A DNA stretch of 64,000 bases from Haliotis cracherodii (lineage: Eukaryota): assembly GCF_022045235.1 (NCBI RefSeq), contig NW_027266264.1, forward strand, positions 69,998,001 to 70,062,000. Direction: 5' to 3'. Positions 61,571 to 64,000 of the stretch are shown one piece after another. The notes under the pieces are model-generated. The model did not search any database. It worked only from the letters and a program-made list of their open reading frames with translations, and was not told the origin of the DNA. How positions within the stretch are numbered: the stretch's first letter is position 1; each line of letters opens with the position of its first letter. The position numbers were made by a program, and so were the translations under genes.

Positions 61571-63287
61571 GAGTTTGACGTGAAATCCTTGATAATATTC
61601 CTTTTGGGGCGTGATACATCCCGATGTTGCATCTGACCTGTCAGACAGGATTGGGGCCAATGAACAACCCGAGACCTTTGCAGGCATTTAGAAGTTGACC
61701 TAAGCGCTACAACGTTTAATCAACGTGTACCTGCTATGCAATGATGTCTGAAATAACACGGTAACACTGCTCTGCCCATTTTGTCTGATAACGTTTGGTA
61801 AAAGGATGAGGCTGTTGAATATGGCCAATTTGTCAAAGAAGAAAGTGGGTCCACACAGCTACTCGCACTTCTTGCTTGCGGTGAGTGAGTGAACTACATA
61901 GCGGAACTTGTTTCTGGGTGAGTGAATGTGTTTTTACGCCACCACAATAATTGGACGGAAGAAACCAATACCGAGCTCGATTAGTATCAGGAAGATAATC
62001 TAATGTAATATTTTGCTGTAACCAGCTAACGCACAAAAAAACTGCCTAATCGCCCCAACGTACTTAGACTACAAGTCGCAATTGATGCATGGAAAATTTA
62101 GGCTACGCCCTCTAACAAACTATTGTTTCTTTATTGGCTGGTAATAGAATGTTGCATTATTGCGCTGAACGGTATCTCTGATTTCGTATATTGTCTACAG
62201 TTTTTGTGTGTTAATACTTAAATAAGCAGTCTGTGAAGTTATTATTGTTGACGTATGTATTTATAAGAATTGACTTCAAGGTGTATTCGCGTTTATGGCG
62301 TTATAAACGAAAAACAATGTACACAGGTTTTTTTACGTTTATACTCACATAAACGCAAAACAAGTATTGTAGTCAATTTGTAACATTCAGAGGAGACAAT
62401 CAGACATGGTGAGATTCCTGAGCAAGGCACATACGGTCATTCTTGTAGATTAACACTATGATATTAAAGCCGGTCGCATTCACTGAGCAAATACAGCTAT
62501 TTACTCACAAAACAAAAGTGATAAGGGCGATATTGTCAAATACAATTTCAAATTGGGTCGATGCAAATCTTGTCCGTGTTCACATACTGGGCTTGGAAAT
62601 AAACTGTCTCATCGATTGGTTATCTGCAACGATCTTGAGAAATCTATTGCAGCCAGTCCACAGACAGATTGATTTGGGTTTTGTGCGCAAGGTTTGTTAG
62701 CTATTACATATGACTGCTTATTGAATATATCCCATCAGTCCTCGGTAAAGTGCCAGTCTCCGTCTTAGCCCCGCCATGACTCTTGGGTATAAAAGGAATT
62801 GCTCGTTGCTAGAGACCGTCATCGGTGCTCTTTCTAATCTTACCCGCTTTCGTACAAAACGTCTGTTTGGTGAAGTCAAGCAAAGAAAGCCGCTTAGTTA
62901 CATCGATATTTCACATTGGTGTGATATGTTTTCGTTGGAATTTGTAAATTAGGATTTGTGAAGCGTGAAGACTCCAATAAGATCCCAGGCTCTGAACATC
63001 GCCCTGCATAAAAACCTCCCAACCCCTTAACATGCCTCCACACATCGTGTGTTCATTGTGTCATGCATCCATTACTGCCTCTGTGTTAACATACAATGTC
63101 TCCAGTGTTACGTGAGTGACAGATTATATATCACGTGATGTGTGTAATACGTCACCACACACAGCCCTAGTGTCACGTGTATACAACACTCGCTTTCGTT
63201 ATGTCTCGTATTATCATCCCCTCGAGTATCAAATGGTATCTGCTTATCATGGCAGAAGTGTTTTCATATGGCGAACATCCTTGCTCA

Positions 63288-63500
63288 GCTCGTGCATGAG
63301 ATAACCCTTGCACCATCAACTCGTGCATGACATAACCCTTGCACCACCAACTCGTGTACGACATTATCCTTGCACCATCAACTCGTGCATGACATAACCC
63401 TTGCACCATCAACTCGTGCATGACATACACCTTGCACCATCAACTCGTGTATGACATTATCCTTGCACCATCAACTCGTCCATGACATACACCTAGGACC
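63288..63500. repeat. 31-bp minisatellite (TTGCACCATCAACTCGTGCATGACATAACCC)
   Basis: About 6.5 units. Confidence 0.95.
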
Positions 63501-63540
63501 ATCAGATCGTGCAAAGCATAGGGAACACATCATGCACTAT

Positions 63541-64000
63541 CATGCACTCCCCATACTTGCTGCCTCTCATGCACTCCCCATACTTGCTGCCTCTCATGCA
63601 CTCCCTATACTTGCAGCCTCTCATATACTCCCCATAATTGCAGCCTCTCATGCACTCCCCATACTTGCTGCCTCTCATGAACTCCCCATACTTGCTGCCT
63701 CTCATGCACTCCCCATACTTGCTGCCTCTCATGCACTCCCCATACTTGCTGCCTATCAAGCACTCCCCATACTTGCTGCCTATCAAGCACTCCCCATACT
63801 TGCAGCCTCTCATATACTCCCCATACTTGCAGCCTCTCATATACTCCCCATACTTGCAGCCTCTCATGCACTCCCCATACTTGCTGCCTCTCATGAACTC
63901 CCCATACTTGCTGCCTCTCATGCACTCCCCATACTTGCTGCCTCTCATGCACTCCCCATACTTGCTGCCTCTCATGCACTCCCCATACTTGCTGCCTCGC
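63541..64000. repeat. 27-bp minisatellite (CATGCACTCCCCATACTTGCTGCCTCT), runs to window edge
   Basis: About 17 units. Confidence 0.97.

Noticed and set aside
63502-63979. MRGSKYGEC repeat ORF
   Set aside because: 27-bp minisatellite at the window edge; no independent coding evidence

Overview
Eukaryotic, repeat-rich animal DNA. The SINE families and minisatellite landscape point to a gastropod mollusc and resemble abalone (Haliotis); this is an inference. One intact, confidently identified gene: SNRNP25 (U11/U12 snRNP 25 kDa protein), + strand, five coding exons 9722-17417, 179 aa, all GT-AG introns, with a probable non-coding first exon near 8.2-8.3 kb and a tandemly triplicated last exon/3'UTR. 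On the - strand (about 22.4-29.5 kb) lies a multi-exon gene or pseudogene for a secreted Cys-rich, LU/three-finger-like protein with an in-frame TGA-TGA. The rest consists of three tRNA-headed SINE families, a very abundant head-less ~270-bp retroelement with a structured 5' module, CORE-like SINE and L2 fragments, three Tc1 relics, one mariner relic, several MITEs, a Helentron-type element and more than a dozen minisatellite arrays (roughly a fifth of the window). Almost all long ORFs in the supplied track are artefacts of these arrays. Family names come from recalled consensus motifs, not from database searches.
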